A stretch of 64,000 bases of DNA from an uncultured Alphaproteobacteria bacterium. Lineage in GTDB: Bacteria; Pseudomonadota; Alphaproteobacteria; Sphingomonadales; Sphingomonadaceae. The translations under genes and the position numbers were made by a program. The DNA is taken from positions 12,007-76,006 of the forward strand of contig CAWDNB010000003.1 in assembly GCA_963803585.1 (NCBI GenBank), read 5' to 3'. Numbering within the stretch: position 1 is the stretch's first letter; each line of letters opens with the position of its first letter. Shown here in pieces: positions 36,325 through 46,951 of the stretch. The notes under the pieces were generated by a model. It was given only the letters and a program-made list of their open reading frames with translations, was not told where the DNA came from and made no database searches.

Positions 36325-37622
36325 ACACCGATACCGGAACCGCATCCAGCGTCGACGAATTCCTGGGGGAAAAACCGCAACCACGCTGGCGCCGCTGGCT
36401 GAAATTCGGGTTGATCGGCCTGGCGATAATCGCGCTTGTCGCGCTGTTGGTGCAGTGCAGCGGAGAGGAAGAGGGGCCGGATTACGTGACGGCCGAAGTC
36501 GTCACCCAATCGCTCGACCTTACCGTAACCGCCACTGGCAATCTGCGGCCTACCAACCAGGTGGAGGTCGGTTCCGAAGTGTCGGGCCGGATCGACCGGA
36601 TCATGGTGGATGTTAACGACCGGGTGTCGCGCGGGCAGGTTCTGGCACAGATCAATCTGGACATTATCGAAGACCAGATCGCCCAATCGCGTGCCAATGT
36701 GAACGCGGCGCAGGCATCGGTGGCGCAGGCGCGGGCGGGGCTGGATGTCGATATCGCCCAATTGAACCGCCTGCGGGAAGTGTCGCGTATTTCCGGCGGA
36801 AAGGTTCCGGCAAAATCGGAGATGGAAGCCGCCGAAGCGAACGTCGCGCGCAACCGGGCAGCCGTAGCCGCCGCCATCGCCAATGTCCGCGCCGCGCAGG
36901 CGACGCTTTCGTCCAGCATGACCAATCGCAGCCGTGCGGTCATCCGGTCCCCCATATCGGGCGTCGTGCTGGCGCGGCGGGTGGAACCGGGGCAGACGGT
37001 GCAGGCATCTTTCAACACGCCAACGCTGTTCGTGCTGGCCGAAGACCTGTCCGCCATGCAGTTGCGCGTGTCCATCGATGAAGCGGATGTCGGCCAGATC
37101 GATGCGGGGCAAAAAGCCACGTTCGCAGTCGACGCTTATCCCGGGCGCCGTTTCCCCGCGACGGTGGAACGGGTCGATCTTGCATCCAGCAACACCGCCG
37201 GCGATCAAAGCGGCGCGGCAGCCGCAGCGGGCGCCGCAGTGGTCAGTTACGAAGCGCGATTGACGGTCGCCAACGGCAATGGCCTGCTGCGCCCCGGCAT
37301 GACGGCCACGGCCACCATCGCCACGCAGAGCACCGGGCGCCAGATGCTGGTGCCCAACAGTGCGTTGCGGTTCAAACCCGACGAGGAAACCAGCGATGAA
37401 GGCGGCGTGCTCAACCCGCAGATTGGACTGGAACAGCAGGACCAGAAAGCGACCATCGGGGTGGGCAGTCGCCAGCAGGTCCAGGTGCTGGAAGCGGACG
37501 GCACCCTGCGCGCCGTGGATGTCGTCACCGGGCAAAGCGACAGCCGCCGCACCGTCGTACGGTCGAGCGCGTTGAAGCCGGGCATGAAAGTGGTGACGGG
37601 CATCAGGGCCGATCCCGAATGA
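36321..37622 (+). CDS. periplasmic adaptor (HlyD/MacA family)
   Basis: N-terminal TM, lipoyl/barrel motifs (VEVGSEVSGRIDRIMVDVNDRVSRGQVLAQI), and a coiled-coil. Confidence 0.85.
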   Translation: MNTDTGTASSVDEFLGEKPQPRWRRWLKFGLIGLAIIALVALLVQCSGEEEGPDYVTAEVVTQSLDLTVTATGNLRPTNQVEVGSEVSGRIDRIMVDVNDRVSRGQVLAQINLDIIEDQIAQSRANVNAAQASVAQARAGLDVDIAQLNRLREVSRISGGKVPAKSEMEAAEANVARNRAAVAAAIANVRAAQATLSSSMTNRSRAVIRSPISGVVLARRVEPGQTVQASFNTPTLFVLAEDLSAMQLRVSIDEADVGQIDAGQKATFAVDAYPGRRFPATVERVDLASSNTAGDQSGAAAAAGAAVVSYEARLTVANGNGLLRPGMTATATIATQSTGRQMLVPNSALRFKPDEETSDEGGVLNPQIGLEQQDQKATIGVGSRQQVQVLEADGTLRAVDVVTGQSDSRRTVVRSSALKPGMKVVTGIRADPE

Positions 37623-38361
37623 TCGATACTGCCGGCCCTACCACCGCGCAGCCCCTGATCGCGCTGGAAAACATCACGAAGACCTTTGGCACGGGCCAGG
37701 CGGCTTTCCAGGCATTGAAGGGCGTGGACATGACCATCGACCGCGGCGATTTCGTGGCGGTGATGGGGCCGAGCGGGTCGGGCAAATCCACTACGATGAA
37801 CATTCTGGGCTGTCTCGATACGCCGACATCGGGCGTGTTCCGGTTTCGCGGGACACAGGTGCAATCGCTGACCCGGGACCAGCGGTCCCTGCTGCGGCGG
37901 CGTTATCTGGGGTTCGTATTTCAGGGATTCAACCTGCTGTCACGCACCACGGCGCTGGAAAATGTCGAATTGCCGCTGCTGTATCGCGGCGAAAACAAGA
38001 CGCAGCGGCGCGAGGCGGGGCGTAAGGCGCTGGATCTGGTGGGGCTGGTACCCTGGGCGGATCACACGCCGGCGGAACTGTCGGGTGGGCAGCAGCAGCG
38101 CGTGGCCATCGCGCGCGCTTTGGTGACGCAGCCCGATGTGCTGCTGGCAGACGAACCGACCGGCAATCTCGATACCGAACGCTCCATCGAAATCATGGAA
38201 CTGCTGACCGATCTCAACCGCAGCGGCATCACCATCGTATTGGTTACGCATGAGCAGGAAATGGCGGCATTCGCCCGCACGATCGTCCATTTTCGCGACG
38301 GTGTGGTCGAACGGATCGAACGCGGGCGGATGTTTGCGGAACGCAATGCAGGCGGTGCGCC

Positions 38362-38365
<4 letters not shown>
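37619..38365 (+). CDS. ABC transporter ATP-binding protein (MacB/LolD type)
   Basis: Walker [10 protein letters not shown], signature [15 protein letters not shown], Walker [12 protein letters not shown]. Confidence 0.9.
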
Positions 38366-39567
<1,202 letters not shown>

Positions 39568-39595
39568 GGGTTGTGGCCCAAGTAAGCGCTGCGGT

Positions 39596-40122
39596 TCAAT
39601 CCCACCGGGCGCGTGCCGCGTAATCCGCTGCCGTGGGTTCGATCCAGCGTTCTTCCGCCCCGTCCTGTGCGCCCCATCCTGCGCCCTGTCATGCGCCCTG
39701 TCTCTTGGCACGCCGTTTTCCCGTTTCCAGAATACCGCCTCGGTTTTCAGTTGGTCCATCATGCAATCCACCGCATCGAATGCACTGCGCCGATGATGCG
39801 ATGCAGCGGCAACGAACACGATCGGTTCCGCCGCAGTAACGATACCGCACCGGTGGATGATGAATGCGTGCATGATAGCGAAACGGGCCAGCGCGTCCGC
39901 ATGAATGGCCTGCATCGATTGCAGGGTCAGCCGCGGATGATGATCCAGAAACAGGCTTCGAACCGGTTCGCCGGATTTGCTGCGACCCCGTGCGATCCCG
40001 GTAAAGCTGGCAATTGCGCCGGCACCATCCGCTGCGGCGGTAAACCGATCCAGAAGACCGGCGGGCGCGAACGGTTCATGGGCAAGAACACAGTCGCCGG
40101 ACATCGTCATCCGCCGGGTCAT
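39596..40122 (-). CDS. moaE: molybdopterin synthase catalytic subunit MoaE, frame-broken inside a 12-nt repeat tract
   Basis: IASFTGIARG...FLDHHPRLT...IIHRCGIV...EPIVFVAAASHHRRSAFDAVDCMMDQLKTEAVFWKRE. The expected tail EERWIEPTAADYAARARWD-stop (stop at 39596) is in another frame. As sequenced, the ORF runs on antisense through the permease gene to 38062. Confidence 0.8.
39655..39702. repeat. 12-nt tandem repeat x4 in the moaE 3' region
   Basis: ccgccccgtcct gtgcgccccatc ctgcgccctgtc atgcgccctgtc. The moaE frame break lies within or next to it. Confidence 0.8.
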
Positions 40123-40142
40123 CCGGCCGGGTCATCCGCCGG
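40106..40142. repeat. 12/13/12-nt tandem triplication of the moaD-stop/moaE-start junction
   Basis: gtcatccgccgg gtcatccggccgg gtcatccgccgg. Each copy carries TCAT (ATGA on the coding strand). Confidence 0.9.
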
Positions 40143-40384
40143 AAACCGGGGGTAGAAATTCGATTACGGCATTTGCCGTCAACGGTTCATGGTCGGGTAC
40201 GAACCGGTCGCCGATAACGCATTTCGTGCGCGGTTCGCCCATCAAATCCGCCGCAGCGGGATGAAGCACAGCCAGATGCGCCCGCAAGTCGCCGATCGTG
40301 CTGCAGGGGGCCGGTACCACCACATCGGCCATTTGCACCGATCATCGCCGCCAGCGGACCGTAAAAGCGCACCTGCACATTCAT
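40132..40384 (-). CDS. moaD: molybdopterin synthase sulfur-carrier subunit MoaD, frame-broken at about 40339
   Basis: N-terminus MNVQVRFYGPLAAMIG (ATG 40384) is in one frame. The C-terminus ...VIEFLPPVSGG-stop is in ORF 40132..40338. Confidence 0.8.
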
Positions 40385-43300
40385 TGCGCGATTTCGCTGC
40401 ATATGCCGATATCGATATCCTGCCGCACCAGATCCGCTTCGTAACCCACGGTGATGGTATAATCCTGCGCGGCGCACAAATCCAGCCGCCCGGCCTGGGT
40501 TTCATCCAGCGCAACGGCATAGGTGCCGGGCTTGACGCGTTCGAAAAAGAAATATCCGTCTATCTCGGTCTTGGCGAATTTCACGTCCTTGCCGGATGTG
40601 TCACGCAGTTTGAGCCGGACACCGGATACGCCCTTGGTCGTGCCGTCTTGCGTGAACCGCAGCGATCCTTCCACCTCGCTCAAGGCCACGATCGCGAAAT
40701 CCGCACCATGGATGCGGCCGGGGCGGGGGACGATTTCGATCCCTTCGGTTGCAGGGGCCAGATCGATATCGGGCAGGCTGGATTCATCGATTTGCAGGCT
40801 GACCCCGCGACCGGGGCTGAGATTGCCGAGCCTGGCGATGCCGCGCGCATCGGTAGGTACGGCATTGTTGAAGGCGACGATGGATATATCGGGCAGGGGT
40901 GTATCGCCCGGTCCGAACATGCCATCCCCGTCCAGATCGCGGAAGGCACGCACGGATGCGCCCCCGCTGCCGGACAGACCCGGGCGCGCCAGAAAGAACC
41001 TGCCGCCGACCGGATCGCGCCCGAAACTGAACCCCAGCCGAAGCCCGATCGAATGTTCCTTGCGGTCGACGGCATAGGCACCGTCCAGCGCCAGGCTGAA
41101 CCGGTTGAAATCGCGAACCGCGGACAGACCCAGCTGAACCGATCCGGTGTCGAACAGATAGCCGACCGAACCGCGAATGGCCGTGTCTTCATCCAGCGCG
41201 TGATCCAGCTCCAGCCCCGCCGAAACGATATCGGGCTGCGGCAGTATCTGGTAACCCAGCGACAACCGCCCGCGCGTGCGCGACCGGCCCAGCGTGGTCA
41301 GATCGAAATTGCCGAACAGGCGCGACTGCGTGCCCAGTCGGTCGAACCGGGTCTGTGTATAGTCGAATGTGTTGGATGCCAGCAGGCCGGAAAACCGGCT
41401 GGACGCACGCAGCGTCGCATCGAATATGGTCTGGCCCTGTGCGGTTTCCACCCGGCGGGCACGGGCGGTAATCGGCACGATCAGCCCGCTGACGGGATTG
41501 CCGATTTCCAGTGTGGTGTTGAAATCCAGTTCGGTGGCGCGGGTCAGAAATTCACCCCCGCCGCCGCGCGTTTCGTCGATGAAATCGCCCGAATATTCGA
41601 TATGCGACAGGGTGACGGCCGAACCGCCGATCCGCCCGCCGATGCCCCCGCTAAGGGCAAATGCCCCGCCATCGCCCGCAGCAAGATCAGCCTTCAGCGC
41701 AAACCCGCCAAAGCCGGTGCGGATGCCGGCGGTGGAAATCCAGCGCTGGCGTTCGTCCGCCTCGAACACAGCGCCGCTGACAATAGCGGTGATGGCAGGG
41801 GAGACACCATAGGCCACTTCTCCACTGGCCCGCCAGGTTCCAAAATCGCGGGGGCGGATGAAATCCGGCGGACGCACGCCCAGCAGGTTTTCATCCTTCT
41901 GCACGGCGCCCATACGATAGACGAGCTTGCCCGTTGGCAGCCGCCCGTCGCCCACGCTGATGCGCCTGACCTGTTCGCTGCGTTGCCCCTGCGGCCCGAA
42001 GAATACCAGGCGAAAGACATTCAGTCCGAAATCGACGGGCGTTTGCAGAAATTCATATTGGCCGTTCACCGCATCGCGTGTCGATCCGACCAGGATGTCG
42101 TTGCGATACAGCTCCACCTCGAACCCGTCGGGCAGAATGCCGCGCAGATCGATCCGTTCGAATACGGATACTGTTTCGGAAGGCGCATTGGTCAATGCAA
42201 TACCGCGCCCGGCCACGCTGCGCAGGCCCAGCGGCATGGATATGGTCGCGACATCGCCCAATGCAAAAGCGGTCGCCGCCAGCGGGCCCAACAGCTGCGC
42301 ATCGGGGTCCAGCCGCCCGACTTTGATAAGCGACGTGGTCAACCCGTTTGCGGTATCCGCGCCGATGAAGCTTTCCGCTGTTAGAAACCCCAGATCGCCC
42401 GCAAATTGCAGATCGAGTTCCGCACGCGAACCGAAACTGGAATCCGACAGCGCGCGCAAATCGACATCCACCACCGGCAACGATGCCAGCAGATAGGGTG
42501 TGTCCTGCCGCGCGAAAATCTTGTCCTGCTGCACGCCGCTGCGATTGGCAAGGCGCGCGCGATCCGCCTCGCGCCGCATTCGTTCTTCGAAAGGAAACGG
42601 CTCCAGCGTGGTCAGCGTGACGGTCTGCGCGCGCAGATCGGTCTCTACCGTCAGCGGCAGGAAATCGGCAATCTGGCTTGCGAGCAGGAACAGATCGCCA
42701 TCGAAAGCCACGGCTGCGCCTACCGGCAGTTTCTGTTCCCGGCCTGCAAGATCGATACTGCCGCGCCGCACATCGATCGTGATCGTACGGTCGGGGTCCA
42801 GCACCCAGCCATTCGCATAATTACCATCATCGCCGACGGTAATCGCCAGATCGAGAATACGGGCCAGCGTACCCAATGGCAGATACACGCCCTGACGTGT
42901 GCCGTAAGCCAGTATGGTATCGCTGGCATCGATGCCCTTCACCTGAATTTCCAGGATCAGTTCATCCTGGTAGTCGAGCACCGGTGGCTGGTCGGAAAGC
43001 GTAAAGCCGCTGCTGCGTTCCTGCGCGAGATTGCCTGCGCCTGTGCCGGACAGGGGCGATTGCGGGGTTTCCTGGGCAGCGGGCTGCGGCAGGTCGGTTC
43101 CCAACCCCAAAGTGGTTCGTGTCCGGTTCGGCGGGATGACGGATGGATTTTTGGGAACGGGGCTGGTGCCGGCATAGATAGCGGGAAGAGATACGGTCTG
43201 GCGCAGCGGCGACCCGGTCTTGGCGATAGTCTTGCCGCCGTTGTCCGCAATGCGCGCAGGCGCCTGTGTGGCAGCGTTGTTGCTAAAATTGTTGGCAGTG

Positions 43301-44481
43301 TCATCGCCTACCTTATCCGCAACTCCACCGACTATCTCATCGGCTACTTTATCGGCCATCGTATCGGCCATCATATCGGCCATCGTATCGGCGGGCCCAT
43401 CGGCGTCGTTGGCGGCCACCATCCTTGCGCGGTCCATATCCGGCAGCTGGCGCGATACCATGGGGACCGGAACCCGCCGGGGTGGCACGACCGATGCGAG
43501 CGTGGGCACGGTTTGGGTTTCGGGCGCCGTTTCAGGAAGTGCGGGCGGCGCGGATACCACCCCAGCTTCGGCGGTAATTTCCGTGCGATTTGCGGCCCTG
43601 CGTTCAGGGGGTCGTTCGACGCTGGCTTCCTGCACGTCCTCCTTGGGTGCCGGGATGGATCGGCGGCGTGCGTCGTTCAGTACTGCGCTATCGGATTGGC
43701 GAATGCCCGGCGCCGCGCCGGCGTCGATGCGCGCGGGTACGAGCGTTTCGGTAGCGTTCAATACGTCGTCTTGGGTCAATTCGGGCTGTTCGGGCGACCC
43801 GGCGATCGGTGCGGGCGAGACGTTAGCGGTATGAGGGGCAGCTTCGGTAGCGGTTTCAGGGGCGGTTTCCGTGCCGAATTCCGTTTCCGGGTCGATGGCA
43901 GGGGCGGTACGGATTTCCGCGATACTGTCCTGCGGTCCTTGCTCGGTTGCGAAGGCTGCGGGCCCTGTTCGGGCATCCGGCAGTTCCAGAATTGCGGGGG
44001 CAGGTTTCGCCGTAATCGGGACCGGGGTCGCAGGGGGGGTCGCGGGCGGGCTCACGGGCGGGTTCACGGGGGCGGGGCCTACGATCGGCATCATCGGCGC
44101 TTCGCTGACCGAAGTCAGCAGGTCATCGCGCAGGCGGGCCGGCAAAGCGTGCGATGGCGCCAGCGATGGCGATCTTAAAGCTGCAATCGCTAGAGGTCGT
44201 GCCCGCGGAGCATCCGCTTCGGACGGCGCTGTTGGTATCGGCGGTATCCCGGACCGCACGAGATTGGCAGGCTGACGGGCCGGCGTACCGAAAACGGGCC
44301 GAGGCAGTTCGAACGGTTCGTTGTCGTTGGCACGCCCAAGTTTCGGCTCGTGAACGGGCGGGATGCGAACAGGCTGGCGCTCCTTGCGATCGTCCTCGTC
44401 CGCAGGGGTGCAGCCAAGGCCCAGCAGCACCGTGCCGACACACACGGTTCCGGCATTCCTGACTGTGCGTTTGCGCGTCAC
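40381..44481 (-). CDS. giant outer-membrane usher-like lipoprotein (1366 aa)
   Basis: Lipobox LLGLGC. About 500 aa of Pro/Ala/Thr-rich low-complexity sequence. A beta-rich core of about 650 aa with an usher-like N-domain (LILEIQVKGIDASDTILAYGTRQGVYLPLGTL). C-terminal Ig/carboxypeptidase-regulatory-like modules (VSGVRLKLRDTSGKDVKFAKTEIDGYFFFERVKPGTY). Confidence 0.6.
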   Translation of the reverse strand: MTRKRTVRNAGTVCVGTVLLGLGCTPADEDDRKERQPVRIPPVHEPKLGRANDNEPFELPRPVFGTPARQPANLVRSGIPPIPTAPSEADAPRARPLAIAALRSPSLAPSHALPARLRDDLLTSVSEAPMMPIVGPAPVNPPVSPPATPPATPVPITAKPAPAILELPDARTGPAAFATEQGPQDSIAEIRTAPAIDPETEFGTETAPETATEAAPHTANVSPAPIAGSPEQPELTQDDVLNATETLVPARIDAGAAPGIRQSDSAVLNDARRRSIPAPKEDVQEASVERPPERRAANRTEITAEAGVVSAPPALPETAPETQTVPTLASVVPPRRVPVPMVSRQLPDMDRARMVAANDADGPADTMADMMADTMADKVADEIVGGVADKVGDDTANNFSNNAATQAPARIADNGGKTIAKTGSPLRQTVSLPAIYAGTSPVPKNPSVIPPNRTRTTLGLGTDLPQPAAQETPQSPLSGTGAGNLAQERSSGFTLSDQPPVLDYQDELILEIQVKGIDASDTILAYGTRQGVYLPLGTLARILDLAITVGDDGNYANGWVLDPDRTITIDVRRGSIDLAGREQKLPVGAAVAFDGDLFLLASQIADFLPLTVETDLRAQTVTLTTLEPFPFEERMRREADRARLANRSGVQQDKIFARQDTPYLLASLPVVDVDLRALSDSSFGSRAELDLQFAGDLGFLTAESFIGADTANGLTTSLIKVGRLDPDAQLLGPLAATAFALGDVATISMPLGLRSVAGRGIALTNAPSETVSVFERIDLRGILPDGFEVELYRNDILVGSTRDAVNGQYEFLQTPVDFGLNVFRLVFFGPQGQRSEQVRRISVGDGRLPTGKLVYRMGAVQKDENLLGVRPPDFIRPRDFGTWRASGEVAYGVSPAITAIVSGAVFEADERQRWISTAGIRTGFGGFALKADLAAGDGGAFALSGGIGGRIGGSAVTLSHIEYSGDFIDETRGGGGEFLTRATELDFNTTLEIGNPVSGLIVPITARARRVETAQGQTIFDATLRASSRFSGLLASNTFDYTQTRFDRLGTQSRLFGNFDLTTLGRSRTRGRLSLGYQILPQPDIVSAGLELDHALDEDTAIRGSVGYLFDTGSVQLGLSAVRDFNRFSLALDGAYAVDRKEHSIGLRLGFSFGRDPVGGRFFLARPGLSGSGGASVRAFRDLDGDGMFGPGDTPLPDISIVAFNNAVPTDARGIARLGNLSPGRGVSLQIDESSLPDIDLAPATEGIEIVPRPGRIHGADFAIVALSEVEGSLRFTQDGTTKGVSGVRLKLRDTSGKDVKFAKTEIDGYFFFERVKPGTYAVALDETQAGRLDLCAAQDYTITVGYEADLVRQDIDIGICSEIAQ
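43339..43410. repeat. 12-nt tandem repeat x6 in the usher-like gene
   Basis: atcggctacttt atcggccatcgt atcggccatcat atcggccatcgt atcggcgggccc atcggcgtcgtt, encoding ADTMADMMADTMADKVAD. Confidence 0.85.
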
Positions 44482-45479
44482 TGGATGACGAAGCTAAACT
44501 CTGCCAATTGCGATCCGGGGGAAAAATCATCGTCCGTATAGGCGATGGTCAATGTCTGCCCGGGCGCGAGAAACTGGCCCGGAGTTTCGGGGTCGATGGG
44601 AATGATCACTGTGCGTTCGTCCAGTTCGGGATATATGCCTACGCCCCTGGTCAATGCCACCGGCGCATCGCGTCCCCGTGCGGTTACCACCACATCGCCG
44701 AATGCGGACCGGGTGCCGGCGCGGGTCACGATCATCCCGATTGCCTGCGATCCGTCCTGTGCGGTCAGCAGCTTGGCTTCGCGAATGCCGACATCCAGCG
44801 TGGTATCGCCAACCCGCACGATGATTGGAATGGAAATGCCGAACCGCGGCTGGATCGATACGCCGATACCCGGCGCATCTTCGCCGTCGATAGCATCGTC
44901 GATGGAAAAACCCTGTTCGTTGTCGCGCGGAACGGACACGACCAGAAAATGCGACCGATATTCGCCCGCCGGCAGTTCCGACCCGCCCCGCGCCATGATA
45001 CGGATGATCTGGCTTTCGCTTCCGTTGAGAGATACCCGGCGCGGCGAATAGCGCAGAAATTCGCTGGCCGGATTCACCCGTGCGATATCTTCCGCAGTGG
45101 CGCCATTGTCGAAACGCAGCAACTGGCCGTCGGGCCGCATCGCCATGTCCACGATGGAAATTTCATAATCGCCGGGGTTTGTCGTTTTGTTATAAAGGCC
45201 GACGGTCGAAACCTGCCGGCGCCCTTCGATGACGACGCGTTTGGGGAATATGTTGATATCGCCCATACCCCCCACTGCGCCATCGGGGATCGGTGCGGCA
45301 ACCGCTGGTGCGGCGCCTGATTCGGGTGCGAAAGGCGCGGGATCGGATGCAATGGCCTGAGCCGTGGCACCGCCGGGAATGGCAAGGAGGGCAAACGCCG
45401 CCGCAACGGCCATGCGGCCATGCATCGTGCAAAGGCGAAACGATCTGGTGAATTGAAACATTCTTGACCCCGTGTGCAT
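44478..45479 (-). CDS. putative PapD-like periplasmic fibre chaperone
   Basis: Secreted (MAVAAAFALLAIPGGATAQA) and beta-rich (INIFPKRVVIEGRRQVSTVGLYNKTTNPGDYEISIV...GEYRSHFLVVSVP). Its stop overlaps the usher start (ATGA). The true start is probably 45425 or 45413. Confidence 0.55.
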   Translation of the reverse strand: MHTGSRMFQFTRSFRLCTMHGRMAVAAAFALLAIPGGATAQAIASDPAPFAPESGAAPAVAAPIPDGAVGGMGDINIFPKRVVIEGRRQVSTVGLYNKTTNPGDYEISIVDMAMRPDGQLLRFDNGATAEDIARVNPASEFLRYSPRRVSLNGSESQIIRIMARGGSELPAGEYRSHFLVVSVPRDNEQGFSIDDAIDGEDAPGIGVSIQPRFGISIPIIVRVGDTTLDVGIREAKLLTAQDGSQAIGMIVTRAGTRSAFGDVVVTARGRDAPVALTRGVGIYPELDERTVIIPIDPETPGQFLAPGQTLTIAYTDDDFSPGSQLAEFSFVIQ

Positions 45480-45523
45480 CCCCGTAATTCTACGGATTGT
45501 ATTCTTTGTAGATTATGTAGGGG

Positions 45524-46216
45524 TCAAAGGTAAAGAATCGTAACCGGATATGTCCCGGTATAGCGGCCGGTCCGCTGATTGCCGCCGACATTCAGCCGCC
45601 CGCCGACAACGATCCCCGAATAGCCGCTGGAATCGAACTGGCCGTAAGTGAAGCCGGTAAAAAATCCGGTAAAGACCACGGGATCCCAGTTCATCTGGTC
45701 CACCAGCATGGATGCCGTGCCATTGGTAACGGTCGTCTGCTGGGGAAGAAAAGTGACGAAGTAGCGGTTGGGATCGCCGAAAGCGGCCAGCGCGCCAGGC
45801 CCGCGTCCATTGGTGTTCTGCGGCGTCGATATCGCATTGCCGACCACGCCGCCGCCTTCGGCAGCCGTGCCGTTGGTGCGCACGCGCAGCGTACCGTTGG
45901 CCACCGGACGCATGATCCGCCCGAACCGTAAATCGGTAATATTCTGAAGGCCGATGGGCTCGATCACCACCGCTTCGGCAGTGCCGGGAACGGCGGTGGT
46001 ATCGCCCGGTGCCGCATTCACCTGACCAGCCATGGCAAGCGTAACCGCAGGCACGAGGCCCAAAGCGAGGCGTGCCCGAAACGTCGGACAACGCTTCGCA
46101 GCAGGCAGCGCACGGCGTAAAAACGCTACGTGCGAAAACGCATGGGTAAAGATGGCTGGTAAGAAGATGGCGGTCCGTTTCGATTGGGCAGCGGAAAAAA
46201 GGCTGCATTTTTGCAA
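45524..46216 (-). CDS. DUF4402-like secreted fibre subunit (paralog 4)
   Basis: APGDTTAVPGTAEAVVIEPIGLQNITDLRFGRI..., C-terminus GRYTGTYPVTILYL. The start is uncertain (no ATG immediately before the signal-like LALGLVPAVTLAMAGQVNA). Confidence 0.55.
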   Translation of the reverse strand: MQKCSLFSAAQSKRTAIFLPAIFTHAFSHVAFLRRALPAAKRCPTFRARLALGLVPAVTLAMAGQVNAAPGDTTAVPGTAEAVVIEPIGLQNITDLRFGRIMRPVANGTLRVRTNGTAAEGGGVVGNAISTPQNTNGRGPGALAAFGDPNRYFVTFLPQQTTVTNGTASMLVDQMNWDPVVFTGFFTGFTYGQFDSSGYSGIVVGGRLNVGGNQRTGRYTGTYPVTILYL

Positions 46217-46217
46217 G

Positions 46218-46245
46218 CACCGGGCGGACGGTTGCCCGCCCGGTG
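46218..46245 (-). terminator. GC-rich hairpin after the major subunit gene (attenuator/processing-barrier candidate)
   Basis: CACCGGGCGG-acggttgc-CCGCCCGGTG: a perfect 10-bp stem. There is no U-tract on the coding (minus) strand. Confidence 0.4.
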
Positions 46246-46269
46246 TTCATTACAAGTCGATCGTCGGAC

Positions 46270-46770
46270 TTAGTTGTAAGCGACGGTCGCGGCGTAGGTT
46301 CCGGTGTAGGAACCAGCGGCCTGCGTTGCCGAAACGGTCAGCTGACCGCCAACGGTGAAAGGCGCAGTGCCCGTGCCGGTGGTGCCGCTCAACGTGCCCG
46401 AAGCCGCCGATGGAACGGTGGTGAACGCCATGGTGTTGGTGCCCGAACTGACCGTACCGTTACCGGTTACGATGCTGAAGCCGCGGCCCGCATCGCCCGA
46501 AACCGTGAATGCGTCGGCTGCGCTGGTCGAACCGGTGAGAAGTTTCGGACCGGTTGCAGTGGCTACGCCGGCTGCAGTTACGGTGACGGTGCCGGCGGTA
46601 TCGGTGACCATGGTGCCGAAATCGAGTGCGGCATTGGTGTTATGCGTGATCGAAATCGGCGAAACGATTTCGGCAACTGCGGTACCATTGGTATTCGCGG
46701 TATCGCCCGGTGCGGCTGCAGCCGGAACTGCAACGATTGCGGCGACAGTCGCGAGGATGATTTTCTTCAT
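46270..46770 (-). CDS. DUF4402-like secreted fibre subunit (paralog 3, probable major subunit)
   Basis: Clean signal peptide MKKIILATVAAIVAVPAAAA. PGDTANTNGTAVAEIVSPISITHNTNAALDFGTMV..., C-terminus GSYTGTYAATVAYN. Gly/Thr/Ala-rich. Preceded by a 181-nt low-GC leader and followed by a strong hairpin. Confidence 0.65.
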   Translation of the reverse strand: MKKIILATVAAIVAVPAAAAPGDTANTNGTAVAEIVSPISITHNTNAALDFGTMVTDTAGTVTVTAAGVATATGPKLLTGSTSAADAFTVSGDAGRGFSIVTGNGTVSSGTNTMAFTTVPSAASGTLSGTTGTGTAPFTVGGQLTVSATQAAGSYTGTYAATVAYN

Positions 46771-46951
46771 AGATAGTTCCCTAAAGTAACCCGGTGACGG
46801 GTTTTGTCCTGGTCATTGGCGCGGGGCGCCATGAAAACACGGCTGTTTGGTCCACCGCGTCTGCCATAAGGATTAGTACCTAGGGTTTAACGAACTGTTA
46901 CTTTAGTTTGTTTTGCATTTCCAACAGGTTGGAAACAAAGCTAATTTCAAG

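Noticed and set aside
46788-46803. AACCCG-GTGA-CGGGTT hairpin upstream of the major subunit gene as a riboswitch or thermosensor.
   Set aside because: It is only a 6-bp stem and does not include the Shine-Dalgarno or the start codon. It is mentioned only as part of the leader description.
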